64,000 nucleotides of DNA from Takakia lepidozioides (Eukaryota > Plantae > Bryophyta). The stretch's first letter is position 1. Every line of letters starts with the position of its first letter. The notes below the pieces were generated by a model. The model saw nothing but the letters and a program-made list of their open reading frames with translations. It ran no database searches and was not told the DNA's origin. The DNA lies in the NCBI GenBank assembly GCA_030704615.1, contig CM060734.1, forward strand, positions 18,538,001 to 18,602,000. Reading direction: 5' to 3'. Positions 23,020-35,722 of this stretch are shown here, one piece after another. Made by a program: the position numbers and the translations under genes.

Positions 23020-26000
23020 CTGCCTCAAGCAAAGTCCGTGTCAATGGAGCCCTCTCTGCCTCTTTCTCTCTACACAGGTCGGTAAGGCAAGGATGCCCCC
23101 TTGCCCCTTTCCTCTTCTTAATTGCGGCGGATTCGCTTGGGCATCTACCTGGTTCCAATGATAGTATCACAGGTCTGAAAATCCCTAGATCCATGCCAGA
23201 TCCTTTCTCTCTCAAGGCTTCCCTTTATGTTGATGATACGATGCTTCTTATTGACAATAGCTCCCATGATAACGTGTCCTGAGCCTTGGGAGTCCTCGAC
23301 CTCTTCTGCCAAGCTTCCAGGCTGAAGGTTAATTGGGCAAAGTCGGTTGCCATCCTTTCTATTCTGGATAGCAACGCGCCTTTATCACACTCTGCTCCCT
23401 GGGGTCACAACTTGGGGCTTACTTGGATTCAAGATGGGCAAGCGCATACCCTTCTTGGGCATCTGATAGGCCATGGTCTGACAGATCATCAGCAATGTGA
23501 CTCTGTCATCTCTAAGCTCAAGAAACAACTGGTTCATTGGAGCTCACTCCACCTTTCAATTGCTGGTAGAGCCCTGGCTGCAAACCAGGTGCTCTTGGCA
23601 TCAACTTGGTTCAATGCATCTGTTTGGTCGCCTGGCTCCGAACTTATCAAACGCATCAAAGCCATGATCAAGAATTTTTTATGGCGTGCGACACCCTCGT
23701 CCCCTACCCGACGAGCTCTTGTAAGCTGGTCCCAAATCACTCAAAAAAAGAAAGTCGGAGGCCTTGGGATCATAGACCCCTTCAAGCAGATCCTCGCGCT
23801 TCTTGCCAAATGGGTCCCTCGTTTACTGGTTCACCTAAACAGCCCATGGAGCCTTCTAGTCAGACACCATGTCATGGGAGCGTCCCCTTCTCCTGGATGC
23901 TGGCCTTTATCTCTAAGATGGCTTAAGCAAGGATCGGGCTCAAAGAGAGCCTCTACTTCGGGCTCTCTGGCTTGGAATTCGATTTGGAATGCTGGATCAA
24001 GATTCGGCCTCTCCTCGTTCAATGGGCCCCCTCTTCCATGGAAGAGGCTCTTCGCCAACCTTTGTTCCTTAACTACAATGCTGACTCGGCTCTTCTGCTG
24101 AGATGCACCAGTTCTTGGGGTTCCTGGGAGTCCCAAGGGCTTTTGCACTTCTCTAACATCTGGAACTCGGGTCAATTTGTCACTCCCCAGCAGTTCGCAC
24201 CAGATATTTCTACCAGGCGGGCCTCCTTTTTCAACCGCATTACGCAACAGGTCCCTGCTACTTGGATCAACTTGTGCTCGTTCCCCCAAAAATGCAGGAG
24301 TCTTCCTGTCTGGCTCGGGTGGGCCTCAGGTACCTCGGCTTTTGCGTTTTATGATGTATTCAGATCGGCTGACTTATTAATGGGCTGGAAATTTGTCCCG
24401 GACCCGATTGGGAACCTTGACTGCAAGCCTTCCAGAGTCTGTATTGCGGAAGCAGATCCCTACGCTATCCGGGTCTTCTGTCAAAACACCCGAAAATTTG
24501 ATCTGCCCATTCCAGATGACAATATGCATTATGGTGGTAGCTTCCGTTGGTTCCTAAAAGCACCTCTGGCATTGCTTCAGTTCGATCCGGCAGAGTGGTT
24601 ATGGATGTCGAAGGATCATCCCTGCTTCTTTGAATACACAGTGAAACTTGGTTATTCGTTATTGAATCCTCCTTCTATGTTTTCTGCAAAATGGGATTCT
24701 AAATGGGCATCTTCTCTCCATGCAGCTCTCCCTTGGAAATGCATTTGGTCAGACACTTGGAGAAAGGACAGGGCGGCTAAGGTGTCTGGATTTTTCTGGA
24801 AACTCCCAAACAAAATCCTCCCAGTTTTCTTGTTCATTTCTCAGGACTCGCCCTCCTGTCATTGTTATTCCTCGGGTGCCCTGGAATCTATAGAGCACTG
24901 CCTTGTTGACTGCAATTTGGCAGCCTCCACTTGGAATTTGGTTCGCTTGTTCTATGGGCTTTGGAATTCGGTCAGCCCTTCTGGGTATTCGGTTCTTCTG
25001 CTTAATGTTTCGGGTCTTTCTTTATGGAGTCACTGTCCAGTTTGGGCGGCCCTGCGGGCCCACACCCTATGGAACCTCTGGAAGTCCCGTTGCTCTCTTG
25101 TCTATGAGGGGAAAGCTCAATGTAGGAGAGTGGTCTTGCATAGGGTTCACTCAGACTTGCTGTCTGAGGCAAAAAAAGCTTGGATTGTTCTTTGTGTAGC
25201 TTTTTCCAGAGTTTTGGAACCCAAGGGGAGGAAACTTCTCCATGACTTTGATATCACCTGGGCGAAAGGAGGGGCCCTTTGCAGCAGAACCTCTGATACC
25301 TCGGTTGCCTGGAACGGCTCAATCTCGACTTGTTGGCAGCTCTATTAGCACTCACCTCTTACCAAGCTGTGCCTTCGACTTTCCGCTGCGCAAGCTCCGA
25401 CTGTGCCTCCAGTTTGCATCGGAGTCATCTCCGTCCGTTCGTAAGGCGCAGGCATGCGGGTTCAAATCCAGGTTCGTGCTTTTGTTTTATCCCCTGTTGG
25501 TCCACCCTATGTACACCGCACGCACACAACTGCCATCTCTCTCTCCCCTCGCCTTTTCCTCACCAACGCCGCCGCAGCTCCACCCGCATGAAAACTCAGT
25601 GTGAGTGTCTCTGTCTCTTCTCTTTTCTTCCTTGTTGATGTAAGTTGTTTCTTTTTTTGTTTTGCATCGCCCTAATCCCCTTCTATTTTGTTGTGGCAGC
25701 TTATGCCAGCGTATGAGAATATAAAGACTATAGATGGTGGGAGGCTATGATTGAAAGTTGGTATTTCCATAAGATCAAACATTGGATTGTCATGTGATTT
25801 CTCCTAAATATATCCCCAGTTTTATGCAGAACATGAGGGGATAACACATTCAACCAGGAACCGGGTTCCGCCAGTCCTAAACCTATGTGTCAGTGGTTGG
25901 TAGACATGGCTAGCGGCCGACGGACAACGAAGAGTTTTACTCTGGTAGCCACGAGTTTTTTTTAGATGGAACTTTATGTTATGTTTACCATGGTTTGTTT

Positions 26001-26103
26001 GGTACACGTCCGCGCAGAATTTTCTTTTTGGTGAGGATTGAGTTGACTTCCTGTTTGATTTGCTCATACTTAAAAGTTTTGAACTTGTAGGATTTCATGT
26101 GTC

Positions 26104-27120
26104 CAGTTTCCAGGGGAATCAAGATTTGTGTGGAACAGTGGTTGGTAAGCAGTGTCCAGGATAACCCCCATTACCTCCCCCTCCTCCATACGAGCCACCT
26201 CCCTCTCCTTATGGCCAATCCAGTGACCCATGTAAGTGCATCTCATCCTCGAATTCCTAGGTTCAGGCACTGGTCTTGCCCTCTAGTGTTCTCCCTCCAA
26301 CAACTTAATGGAATCTTAGGGTTACTGCTGATTATGCTTTTCTTTCAGTGTCTTTAAAGCCATGTTGGGAGTAAGCCTTAGTTGTAATTTAGTTAACAAG
26401 CATCCTCACCAGCCTGTATTCCAGCTATATGTTGCCCAGGGTGCCTTGGGTACAGAGAACGTTGATAGGACAACTGGCCTGGATTAGTGCTCTAGTACTT
26501 TGGCAGAGCACTTTGTGTCGAATCGCCTTAATCAAGATCATGTGCTCATGCAACACGAAATTCGCAATCATTAAGTATAGGACAATTGTTGGGGGGGGGG
26601 TGGCTGCGGGTGCCGCTTTGCTGTTCGCAGTTCCAGCTATTGGCTTTGCCTGGTGGCGACGTCGCCGGGCGTGTGGAGGCCTTCTTAGATGTTCCTGGTA
26701 TATATAAAACACTGCATTTGTGCAAGAACAACACTACAAGTGCAATCTAAATTGATTCCTATAAATTTAAATTCGTGTCTATGTACACTGCTCGAATTCT
26801 GTTTCTGAGGTCTGTGTACTGATAGATAGTATGCCCCACACATGACTATCGTCTGCTTTGTAGACAGTGATTAAATCGTGCAGAACTAAATAAGCTCCCA
26901 AGTAGCAGAAATTTTCTAGAAGATCTGTTGACCAACTTCTAGGCTGGCTTATCTGTTATTTCTCTTAAAATGAGTCTGGAAATATCCTCTTCTGGTTTCA
27001 GTACGGTGACACGTTGCTAGGAAGAAAACACAAGGATTGGATGATGGGTCACTGGTGGCTGTCAAACACTTAAAAGAGGAGCGCAGCCTTAGTGGTGAGC
27101 TGCAGTTTCAAACAGAGGTA
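26104..27120 (+). pseudogene. SERK: SERK/BAK1-type LRR receptor kinase gene fragments
   Basis: SFQGNQDLCG..CPG*PPLPPPPP (SPP region), GGVAAGAALLFAVPAIGFAWWRRR (transmembrane segment), and [25 protein letters not shown] (kinase II-III). The fragments are discontinuous and one contains a stop. Confidence 0.85.
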
Positions 27121-27877
27121 ATTTTTGGACTCATGATTGCATTCAGTACTTTCTGATCCTGTTGATAGGAGACATGATATTTACATGTGTAATGACAGTC
27201 CACATAGGAGCAATTTGAGAATAGGGATTAATGGGGATGGAATAGATTGTGGGTTCCAAACTGATTAAGTGTTCGTTTTTTGCCAAAAGGGTGGTCGTGG
27301 TTTCCATTACAGATGGATATCTTAACATTCCACCTGACTAGGATCCTTGTGAAGCTTCTTGCAAGATCATTGTGGGTGTCTATTATCTACTCTCCTCTTC
27401 CTATTTCTTTTCTTTTCATGGTTTTATGATGAAAGGTGTAGGAGCCTCCTCCAGAATCAGGCTTAGCTTCAACATCGCAATTCAGTGTCATTGGGTTTGC
27501 ATTCCATTATTTTGGGTTTTCCTAAGGCTGTCGCTGATGTTCTTTCTGGTCTTGTTTTGAAACCTCTCTTGAATATCAAGTTCATTGTGTGTTCAATTCC
27601 TGATACACTTTTTGAAACCATGCTGATTGCAGTAGTCTCTGGAGCATTGCATAGTCTTCATGGCTATTCTGATCTTCCCTTATGATGCATGGCCCCAAGA
27701 CACCCCTTTGACGCCATTGGACATTTCGCAAACACATTTTGTGGTCTGGTTGTTTCAAGCGTTCAATTCTGAAACTCTTTCCCTTGTGGTTGTAACATTA
27801 ATGGTGCTGCTTTTGCTTCAATTTGCTGGAACGTTTATGAAAAAAACAGTGCTTATTCATGTTTGGCATATATACAG

Positions 27878-28031
27878 GTGGTAAACAAACATGAGGTAAT
27901 GTTTGTCAGCAGTGCTGGAAATAATGGACCATCATTGATCACTATGGGTGCACCAGGGGGCACAGCCTCCAGCATCTTGGGCATAGGGGCCTATGTGTCC
28001 TCTGCAATGGCAGCAGCCGCTCACTCGATGG
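27878..28031 (+). pseudogene. TPP2: Isolated tripeptidyl-peptidase II exon
   Basis: VVNKHEVMFVSSAGNNGPSLITMGAPGGTASSILGIGAYVS..AHSMV, preceded by a cag acceptor. No other TPP2 exons were seen. Confidence 0.8.
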
Positions 28032-28989
28032 TAGTTTTAGTTTATTCCGATCTCAGATCGCTTCAGGTCCCTTAAGATCCATCAATTTATATACAAATGA
28101 AAAATCATTTAAAAAAAACAATTGAGTTGCAAATTAAGAACTATTTTTTAAAAGAAATAATTTAATTTCAATGTATTAAGTCTTTATCGTATTTATATTT
28201 TCAATCTTTAGAAGCTAATATAATTATATTATATACTATAAACTCATTTTGTTGTGTTATCTTCTTGAAATTGTTGTATCATTTAAAAAAATATTGTAAT
28301 TAATCAACATGTTTACTCTATATAAAAATTCTCATATTTATTAATCTCTAATTCTTTTTTAAGTTTGTTACGAATTTATATAAAAATGAATGTAGGTGTT
28401 TATTTTAATTTAGATATTTAATTATTAAAGGTTTTTTTCAGTCTACCTAGTAATATCCATATGTTTTCAACTTTTCAAAACCTCTAGTTTTTTTCAGATC
28501 TTAGATCCCTTCAGGTCCTTTAGATCCATCAATTTATATACCATTTCACATCTATTAATATTAATATTATAAAATCATTTTAAAAATATTTTGTATGCTC
28601 TTAAGGTTTTTATTATTATTTATCGTATATTTCTTATATATATCATTTATAATTTACAATCTAACTCATGATGATCTATATTGATCGACACAAATGACTT
28701 ATACGAAAAAAAATCAAGCAGTATGTCGTTTTTATTATCCACTACCTCCTATGCATTTAACTTTGATTTTAGAACCTTTTCAACAAGACTTAGATGGAGC
28801 TTAGATTCAATGATACAAGACGATATGCAAAGATAGCAAACAATATATTTGATACACTAAATAAAATGGATGTTAATACAAATATTTCATTCAACAAACT
28901 TATTGGATTATTTAATTTAGAAATGGACATATATATAATTTTTTTACGAAGTGGACTGAAAAAACCAACAATATTTTTAAAAAGAACAT

Positions 28990-29250
28990 GTAAAATATTC
29001 GCACTTGTTAAATTAGCAACCAAGCGGAAATCTGAATATATAGCTGCAACATTTAATTTGAATACCAGGAAAATAATTCACATAATTGCGGTGTATAAAC
29101 CTCCAACAGTACAATTAACTATTTTCTTGTATTCTCTCAAAAAGCTCATTGATAATTTCCCCACATACATGTCCGACTATAATAATAAGGGATTTTAATG
29201 TAGATCTTTTACAGAGTAATACCGTAACAACAAATCAATTGCAAAAATTC
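28990..29250 (+). pseudogene. AP-endonuclease-like (EEP) domain remnant of transposon origin
   Basis: IHIIAVYKPP..F...L, then after a frameshift IIIRDFNVDLL (GDFN motif), in very AT-rich DNA. Confidence 0.55.
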
Positions 29251-31044
29251 ATTGTCTTCCTTTCGCATGCAACTCTAATTCTCAATTAGTACTTCAGAGA
29301 GCAGGGGGAGGAAGCTGCTCCAAGATTTCGCCAGCACCTGGGGTAAGAATGACTTGCTCGGAGCCTGTCATGGCAACAATCCATCCCCACTCAATTGGAG
29401 GTCCCCTGGTGATGGGGGGGACGCCGAATTCAAACTGGCGTCACAAACGAGCTAGAGACCCTAAGTCTAAAGCGCACTTGAAATTCTAATACCTCCAAGT
29501 TACTCTGCAGATAACACTCACCACCCCTGCAATCGCCCACTTCTTCCTGAGGTGTGGTTCCAACTCCAGGCACTTGTTTATTCTGTGCTGCGATGCCTGC
29601 TCTTCTCAGATTTTCTTAGAAGACCTATCCTCTCTTAGTAGCATTTCCACCTCTGCTCGATCTGGCACCAGTCTCCATAGCTCGTCTCTCTTCTCTGATC
29701 GGTTTAGCTAGCTAGTTTACTAGAGTCACGGGAAAGTCCCCCCCCCCCCAAGTAAGCCTTCACAGCCCCAAAAAATGGTTATTTTTTCCACTAATGTGAC
29801 ACTTCTTTTATTAATTTGTATTAATTAACTTGTATTATTAATTTTATTAATTTATAATTGGTACTACTATTTATGGATCTCAACTAGACCATGTTTAGAC
29901 AAATGCACCTCACCAACACTGCATATCTGGCATTATAGAAGCATATTGGACGGACCATAAGCCTGTATTTATTGCCTTTAGATTACCTAATTACATTCCT
30001 TGCTACGAACATATACCATCATCATAATACTCTAATAGGTACTCACCATAAGGAGGAGCCATTACGCGACGAGCTGCTTGTTTTTTTCCTCTTGAATATA
30101 TTTGGGCCTTCCTCGGGCCAGTTTTTTTTTTTTTTTTTTCCAAAATGGCCACAAGGCCCAGATGTAAATTCCACCCAGCGACAATGTGGGAGAATAACGA
30201 GGTTGCAGGGTTAAGTGGCTATATGACATGTGGCATGCTTTAATAGGTCAATGTTGTCATGATTAGGCTCCTGATATTCAAATACTTGGCGCTTTCTGGC
30301 GAATTTTATTATTTTTATTCCCCATAATTCCTTCCTACAAGTAGCTGACCCATTTTTTCCAAGTCGAAATCTGGCCCAGAAAAAAAAAACACTGCTCTGA
30401 ACAGAGTACCGTCAAGAGGCATCCTGGAATAAACCAGTGTTGGACTGGTATACCGATAGGAAATTGGTATCAATATTAGTATGTATACTAGTATGAAGTA
30501 CCAGACCAAGTCTGGTATCACCTCATGCCACTACCTAGCATATACCCGTATTGGCCTGGTATCTGCTTCCTAAAACTGTGGACGGTACCCTACCAAGTAT
30601 GGGTAGGTGGTTCAAAATCTGGTGACTGTCCACATGAGAACCCTAAACCCTAAACCCTAAAATATAGAGGTCAGATTTACCAAGCATGAGTGGACAGTCA
30701 TTGTGAGGTGACATGGCATGGGGGTGAGGGGACCACTCTGAGCATACAATCACATGGTTTCCTGTTCCAACTGTTCATTTTATTGGCTGTCTACTTTGCA
30801 TCATGTTGAAGTTAATAGAGAAAATCAAAAATAAAAAATAAAAAAATAAAAATCTAGTGAACTGTCCTTACACCACGTCAAGACTCTATTGGTCAAAAAA
30901 CATTCCTTGGTATGTGTTGTGGTGAGTCATGCGTGCCAATTAGGAAATATTGACATGCTAGAAAATATGGCAATTACAATGTCTGTAGTAAACTAATATA
31001 AGATCTAATAAAAACTATTTATAATCATAATAATATATGGCGCA

Positions 31045-31275
31045 CATCGGCTGGTAGCTCAGCTGGTAAGTGCATAGTGTGTCACCCTGGTGGTTCGGGG
31101 TTCAAACCCGCTGCCCTGCCCCGTGTGTGGGATTGTTTATTATGGGTATGTCTGGCCTTTGATCGTCCTGTAGGTCTCATGGCCCATAAATGAAAGGGGG
31201 TTAATTTTTCCCCCTCCTCAAGGGCCTGAATTGTGAGCTGTCGCTCCCAGGTTTCCTTTATTAAATTATAAAAAA
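31045..31275 (+). mobile_element. tRNA-derived SINE
   Basis: A-box TAGCTCAGCTGG, B-box GGTTCAAACCC, and an A-rich tail. The 3' segment TTGTGAGCTGTCGCTCCCAGG is shared with 32058-32273. Confidence 0.7.
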
Positions 31276-31413
31276 TACATATATATATATATATGGCTTT
31301 CTCTTATATATATATACATGGGCGCCTCCTGAAGGAAGGGTAAACTATGGTGTCTCTTCACCCCCAAAGGGCTCCTGCCTTCTTGCTACTATTTGGAACA
31401 ATAACCATTCCAC

Positions 31414-31576
31414 ACTTGAGCAGGTAGCCAGTGGTTTGGTGTTTGTGCCTTGCCTGTGCATAACCTAGGTGATCCTGGGTTCAATCCTTCAACATGTGCA
31501 TTCAGACTGTCCAATGGGCCCTCCATGGCCTGTGTGTTGAGCAGTAGGCTCTGTAAATTCACTGGATGTTAAAGAA
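31414..31576 (+). mobile_element. tRNA-derived SINE (inverted partner at 32277-32433)
   Basis: A-box-like TAGCCAGTGG and B-box GGGTTCAATCC. A highly similar reverse-complement copy lies nearby. Confidence 0.7.
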
Positions 31577-32057
31577 ACTTTATCTTTATTTTTATCTTTT
31601 ATTGCAGTCAAAAGACCTTTCACCATTTTGGGGAAAAGTGGCACTGTCCTGTTAACCCTTAAACCCCTAGTACCCTTAGTTGACTTATTACAAATAACTG
31701 ATCCCACAGAGAAATGGCTCTTAAAATTCAGAAAAATAATCCTATGAACGTTTTGACCAGATATTATCATTATCTTGCCACTTGCCCTCTACATTTTTGT
31801 TTTTAACTTCAGAGTATATTATTATTATTACGTATTTTCAACTGAATGCATGATCAATGATGAACGTCATTAAAAATAAAAATCCTTCTATTCGAAAAAA
31901 AGAAAAGTCCTTCAACCGACTGGGTGTGTTGTGCCTCTACCTAAGTTACTGCTTCTTTGAGGATATATATTTTTCTTTTCCCCCTCCCTCCTTATCAGTA
32001 AAACAATTTGATTTATTCAAAGAAAGAAAGAAAAGATAAGATAAGATAAAGTTACCA

Positions 32058-32273
32058 ACAGTCAGTAGCTCAGTTGGGAAAGTGCACTGAGTGCCATCCG
32101 CCCTGGGGTCAAATCCTGCTACTTGACGGGTGTGGTACGCTCTTCTCCCCTTCCCTGCCCAGGTGTCGCATCGGAAAGCCTTACGGCGAGGTAACTGACA
32201 GCTTATTTTCTCCTCTCTCTGATTTGTGAGCTGTCGCTCCCAGGTGTTTCCCTTTTAAAAAGAAAAAAAAAAG
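32058..32273 (+). mobile_element. tRNA-derived SINE
   Basis: A-box TAGCTCAGTTGG, degenerate B-box GGGTCAAATCC, the shared 3' motif and a poly-A tail. Confidence 0.65.
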
Positions 32274-32276
32274 AAG

Positions 32277-32433
32277 TCTTTAACGTCCAGTGAATTTACA
32301 GACTGCTCAACACACAGGCCATCCAGGGCCCAATGGACGGTCTGAAGGCACATGTTGAAGGATTGAACCCAGGATCACCTAGGTTATGCACAGGCAAGGC
32401 ACAAACACCCAACCACTGGGCTACGTGCTCAAG
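32277..32433 (-). mobile_element. tRNA-derived SINE, inverted copy of 31414-31576
   Basis: Reverse-complement match over ~155 bp. Confidence 0.7.
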
Positions 32434-33799
32434 AAAGAAAGAAAGAAAGAAACTCCTGGCAAGCCTGGTAAGACGGAAAACGATTAAAATAAGTTGAGGA
32501 CTTAACAGCCGGATTTATTACATTCCACATGTAGGAAGGTAAGTAGGTAGGTAGGCAGGGAGGTAAGTAATAAGCTGACTCAAGTAGGGTCAGGCTACCC
32601 TACCTACAGGTAACACAGAGCTAGCGAGCACGGGCGGGAAAGCGGCGCATCCTAACGGAAGCCCCCCGCGCCGCCCGGGCGATCGATATCCCCGCAGATG
32701 GGCGTCGGCCGATGCGGGGGCCACCGTCGCCTAATTTTAGGTCGCTGCCCGTGCGCGGCTATACTGCGACGCAGAGTGGCGAAACCTTTTAAAGCCTGTT
32801 ATTTACTGTGCACCACTTGTCCGTTATCTCTTCATTTTATCAGTGTACTGCCTTCTGCTTCTCACTACCTCACTCTCGTCTACGTACGTGTGATTTTAGA
32901 ATGATAGTACGGTGCGCAGTTGCAAGTCTGTGGACTCGAGAGCCCCGCATTGAATTTATGAGCCTCACATAACACAAGCGAAGCATCACGGGGGTCAACG
33001 ATAACTCCACACATGATGTTGCAAATGGCGGGCCGAGCTCTCTCGCTAAATTTAACCCGCCATGAAATTGAAGCAGAGAAATATTGGAGTCCCTACCGTA
33101 TTGTTCGACAATGTGCCATGCAATGAATGGAAGACAAGTGAGTCAAGGAAAGGAAGAACATGAGAGTGAGTGTTGTGTGACAGCCCTAATATAGGCAGCA
33201 GGAAGTATCCATAAATGGGTGGTCTTACATGCGATGAGAGATCATTAAATGAATTTGATGCGACTCCCATGACTTCACGACTGGGGGAAATGGGGGGTTT
33301 ATGTGATTTGCGGCTTGGAAGGTCCCTCCTCTTGATGGATTTGAACGCAGGACCAAACGGCTGCGTTGCAACAGTGCCCTAAGAGGCACAGTTTTGTTGG
33401 GTCAGAGTGGTAGTCCCCAGTGCGGGAGAGCTGGTTTATATTGCGGAATGAAGGCTGCGTGCTCGCAATTGCTGCCAAGGCCGCATGCTTACAGTTAGAT
33501 GCTTGCGTTCTCGGGCGCGCAATGGTTTCTCCCAAGTTGTCAAGGCAAAGCTTAGATGTTGAAAGTGGACGATGGTGCGATCTCCACCTGGGCTAGGGAA
33601 GAGTTGAAGATGGAACTAGATTTCTCGTTCATTGTGGTGATTACGAGGACGTAAGAAGGGTTTTTTTTTTTGGTTTCTGGCCTTCCCCTGCAAATGCTGA
33701 AGCTTTTAAAGTGTGGGTTTCAGTCGGGTTAATTAGCATGTTGTTGGCAAGTTTGCTTTTCATCCTTTTCTGTGTTGTTTTCTTTCTTGTCTTCAGGTG

Positions 33800-35722
33800 A
33801 TGACGGAAGAGCAGCTAGAGACATTGCGGCGTCAGATCTCGGTGTATGCGACAATATGTCAGCAGCTGGTGGAAATGCACAAAGCTAGTGTTGCACAGAA
33901 ATCTGCCATGCCCGGTACGTTAAGAGTTTCTGCTCGCTAGCTCTCTTGTCCTTTCTGATCCTCTATTTTCCTCCATTGCTGGCCCGGTTACACCAGGCGC
34001 TGGATCTTCGATTACACTGTTACGGCGAGAAATTTTTGATGATACATCTATTTGGCTTCTTTTGGTTTTCTTGCAATTCTTCTGCTATTCCAAAGGTATT
34101 CGAAATATCATTGTTCAATGTACGATATGATTGACTGTTTTTTGGTGTTCTTTGGAGATTATGTCTTCCTCATGGATGTAAATACCGCCGGCTCATATCT
34201 TTGTTGATTAACGCACAATGTAGCCTACGGTGGACCACATCCGATGATCAGAGGTCTCCTTGGGGATGATTTCATGAAATCCATTCCAATTTAGGGTTTA
34301 GGGTTTATATACCCACAGCAGCGAAGTTTGTATTGTTGTTATTTTACCGCTCAACTCTGGAGTAGTAACTCTTATCCGGAGCCAACCTCTTATTGGAGAG
34401 ACTTAGGTTGGGTAAAGCACACTTTCAGGCGTTTAATGGATGCAGTCACCTGAAGTGGTGTGTCTCATGGCTGGAAAGGTTCCTCAGTGATTGAAGTGGT
34501 ATGTCCTTGGAGCCTCGGTGGCTGTTGGCATACCAACAGTCCTGTCCTTTGGAGGGTGGTGTAAGGACAGGATAAGTGGATTCGATCTGTTGATCCCCGC
34601 CGTGTCTCTGCCTCCTCCATTCTATCTCTCCTCCCTCTTTCTCCCCTGCCTCAACCTCTGCTCTCTCTCTCTCTTTCTTCTATCCTTTCTTCCTAAGAAA
34701 TTCTTCAGGTAATTGGGAAGGAAGGGGCCAAGAAAGGTCGCCTCCTTGTAATTAGGACTGAGGAGGTGATGTTGCTGCATATTGGTTCTTTACAAGCTGC
34801 AAATCAAGGCAGGTCTGTTGGGTGTTACCAAGGTCAGTAGAGGCACTTACTAGTCTCTTTCACTCTCTGTGATCTGAAGGCATCATGGGGGGGTCCCCGC
34901 ATCCGTATGACCCAATGATGGGGGCACCCAACCACAAGACAACAGCACGGCAGCGGTGGACACCAAGCCAGCACCAGCTGCAGATATTGGAGAGGTTGTT
35001 TGAGCATGGAAATGGCACACCCAACAAGCAGCGGATTAAGGAGATTACTTCTGAGCTTAGTCAGCATGGCCAGATTGCCGAGACCAATGTCTATAATTGG
35101 TTTCAAAACCGCAAGGCCCGCGCTAAAAGAAAGCAACAGCTGGTAGAAACACTTCGCTCAACAGTTTTGATGCTAAACCTCACCAAGTAGGTTGTTATGG
35201 TCACGGGCACTAAGAAATGAACTTCATCTTCATCTTCCAGAACTTGCTCATATCCTTATCTACTGGATTAGACTTGGAGTGCTCTCTTGCCGAGGACACC
35301 AGGCATGCAGTGCTGCTTACTCCTGTCCAAAAATTAGTGAAGTAGGACTTATTAGCTTGTGTTGATTGATTCTTGATCCTAGCTTTCTCTTTTTTTTAGA
35401 GATTTGAAATATTCATTTTAATATGTCGTTTTACTTTAAACAAATCATTGGGTTATGTCTGCAGGTAATCTCGAAAGATGGTGAGTCAGAGGTTGATACT
35501 GACGTAGACTCTCCCAAAGAGAAGCGGTCGAGGCTAGAGGGAGACTTAACCCAGGATGATTCTGGAGGTGTTGGAGATACAAATGGTGGGGGGAGTTCCG
35601 ATGGAGCCCATGGGGGGCAACCGGGAAAGGCTGACCCCCAAGAAGCTGTCTCCTCAGTGCTATTGCACTCTCAAGCAAACATGAAACCTGACATCTCCTA
35701 CAGCCAAGGTGTTGGTTTGTAA
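33800..35722 (+). CDS. WOX13: WUSCHEL-related homeobox, WOX13 clade
   Basis: Exon 33800-33914 encodes [28 protein letters not shown] (WOX13 MOG motif). Exon 34880-35142 encodes the homeodomain [22 protein letters not shown]. Exon 35465-~35722 contains GESEVDTD. Additional upstream or downstream exons are possible. Confidence 0.93.

Larger units (their letters stand above)
16430..25700 (+). mobile_element. Degenerate L1-clade LINE (ORF1 + ORF2) interrupted by a MULE and a SINE
   Basis: ORF2 motifs: WVLAGDFN and RLDRIY (APE); KAPGLDG, NYRPITLLN, LDFEKAFD, VRQGCPLAP and YVDD (RT); GGLGI; and a C-terminal ESIEHCLVDC zinc finger. Many frameshifts. Termini are approximate. Confidence 0.9.

Noticed and set aside
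30620-30700. (AAACCCT)3 between 11-bp inverted repeats as a telomere-related element
   Set aside because: It is too short, and such telo-box tracts are common in plant genomes.
31045-32433. Functional tRNA genes
   Set aside because: A/B boxes are present but I could not form a full cloverleaf, and the unrelated 3' bodies and tails indicate SINEs.
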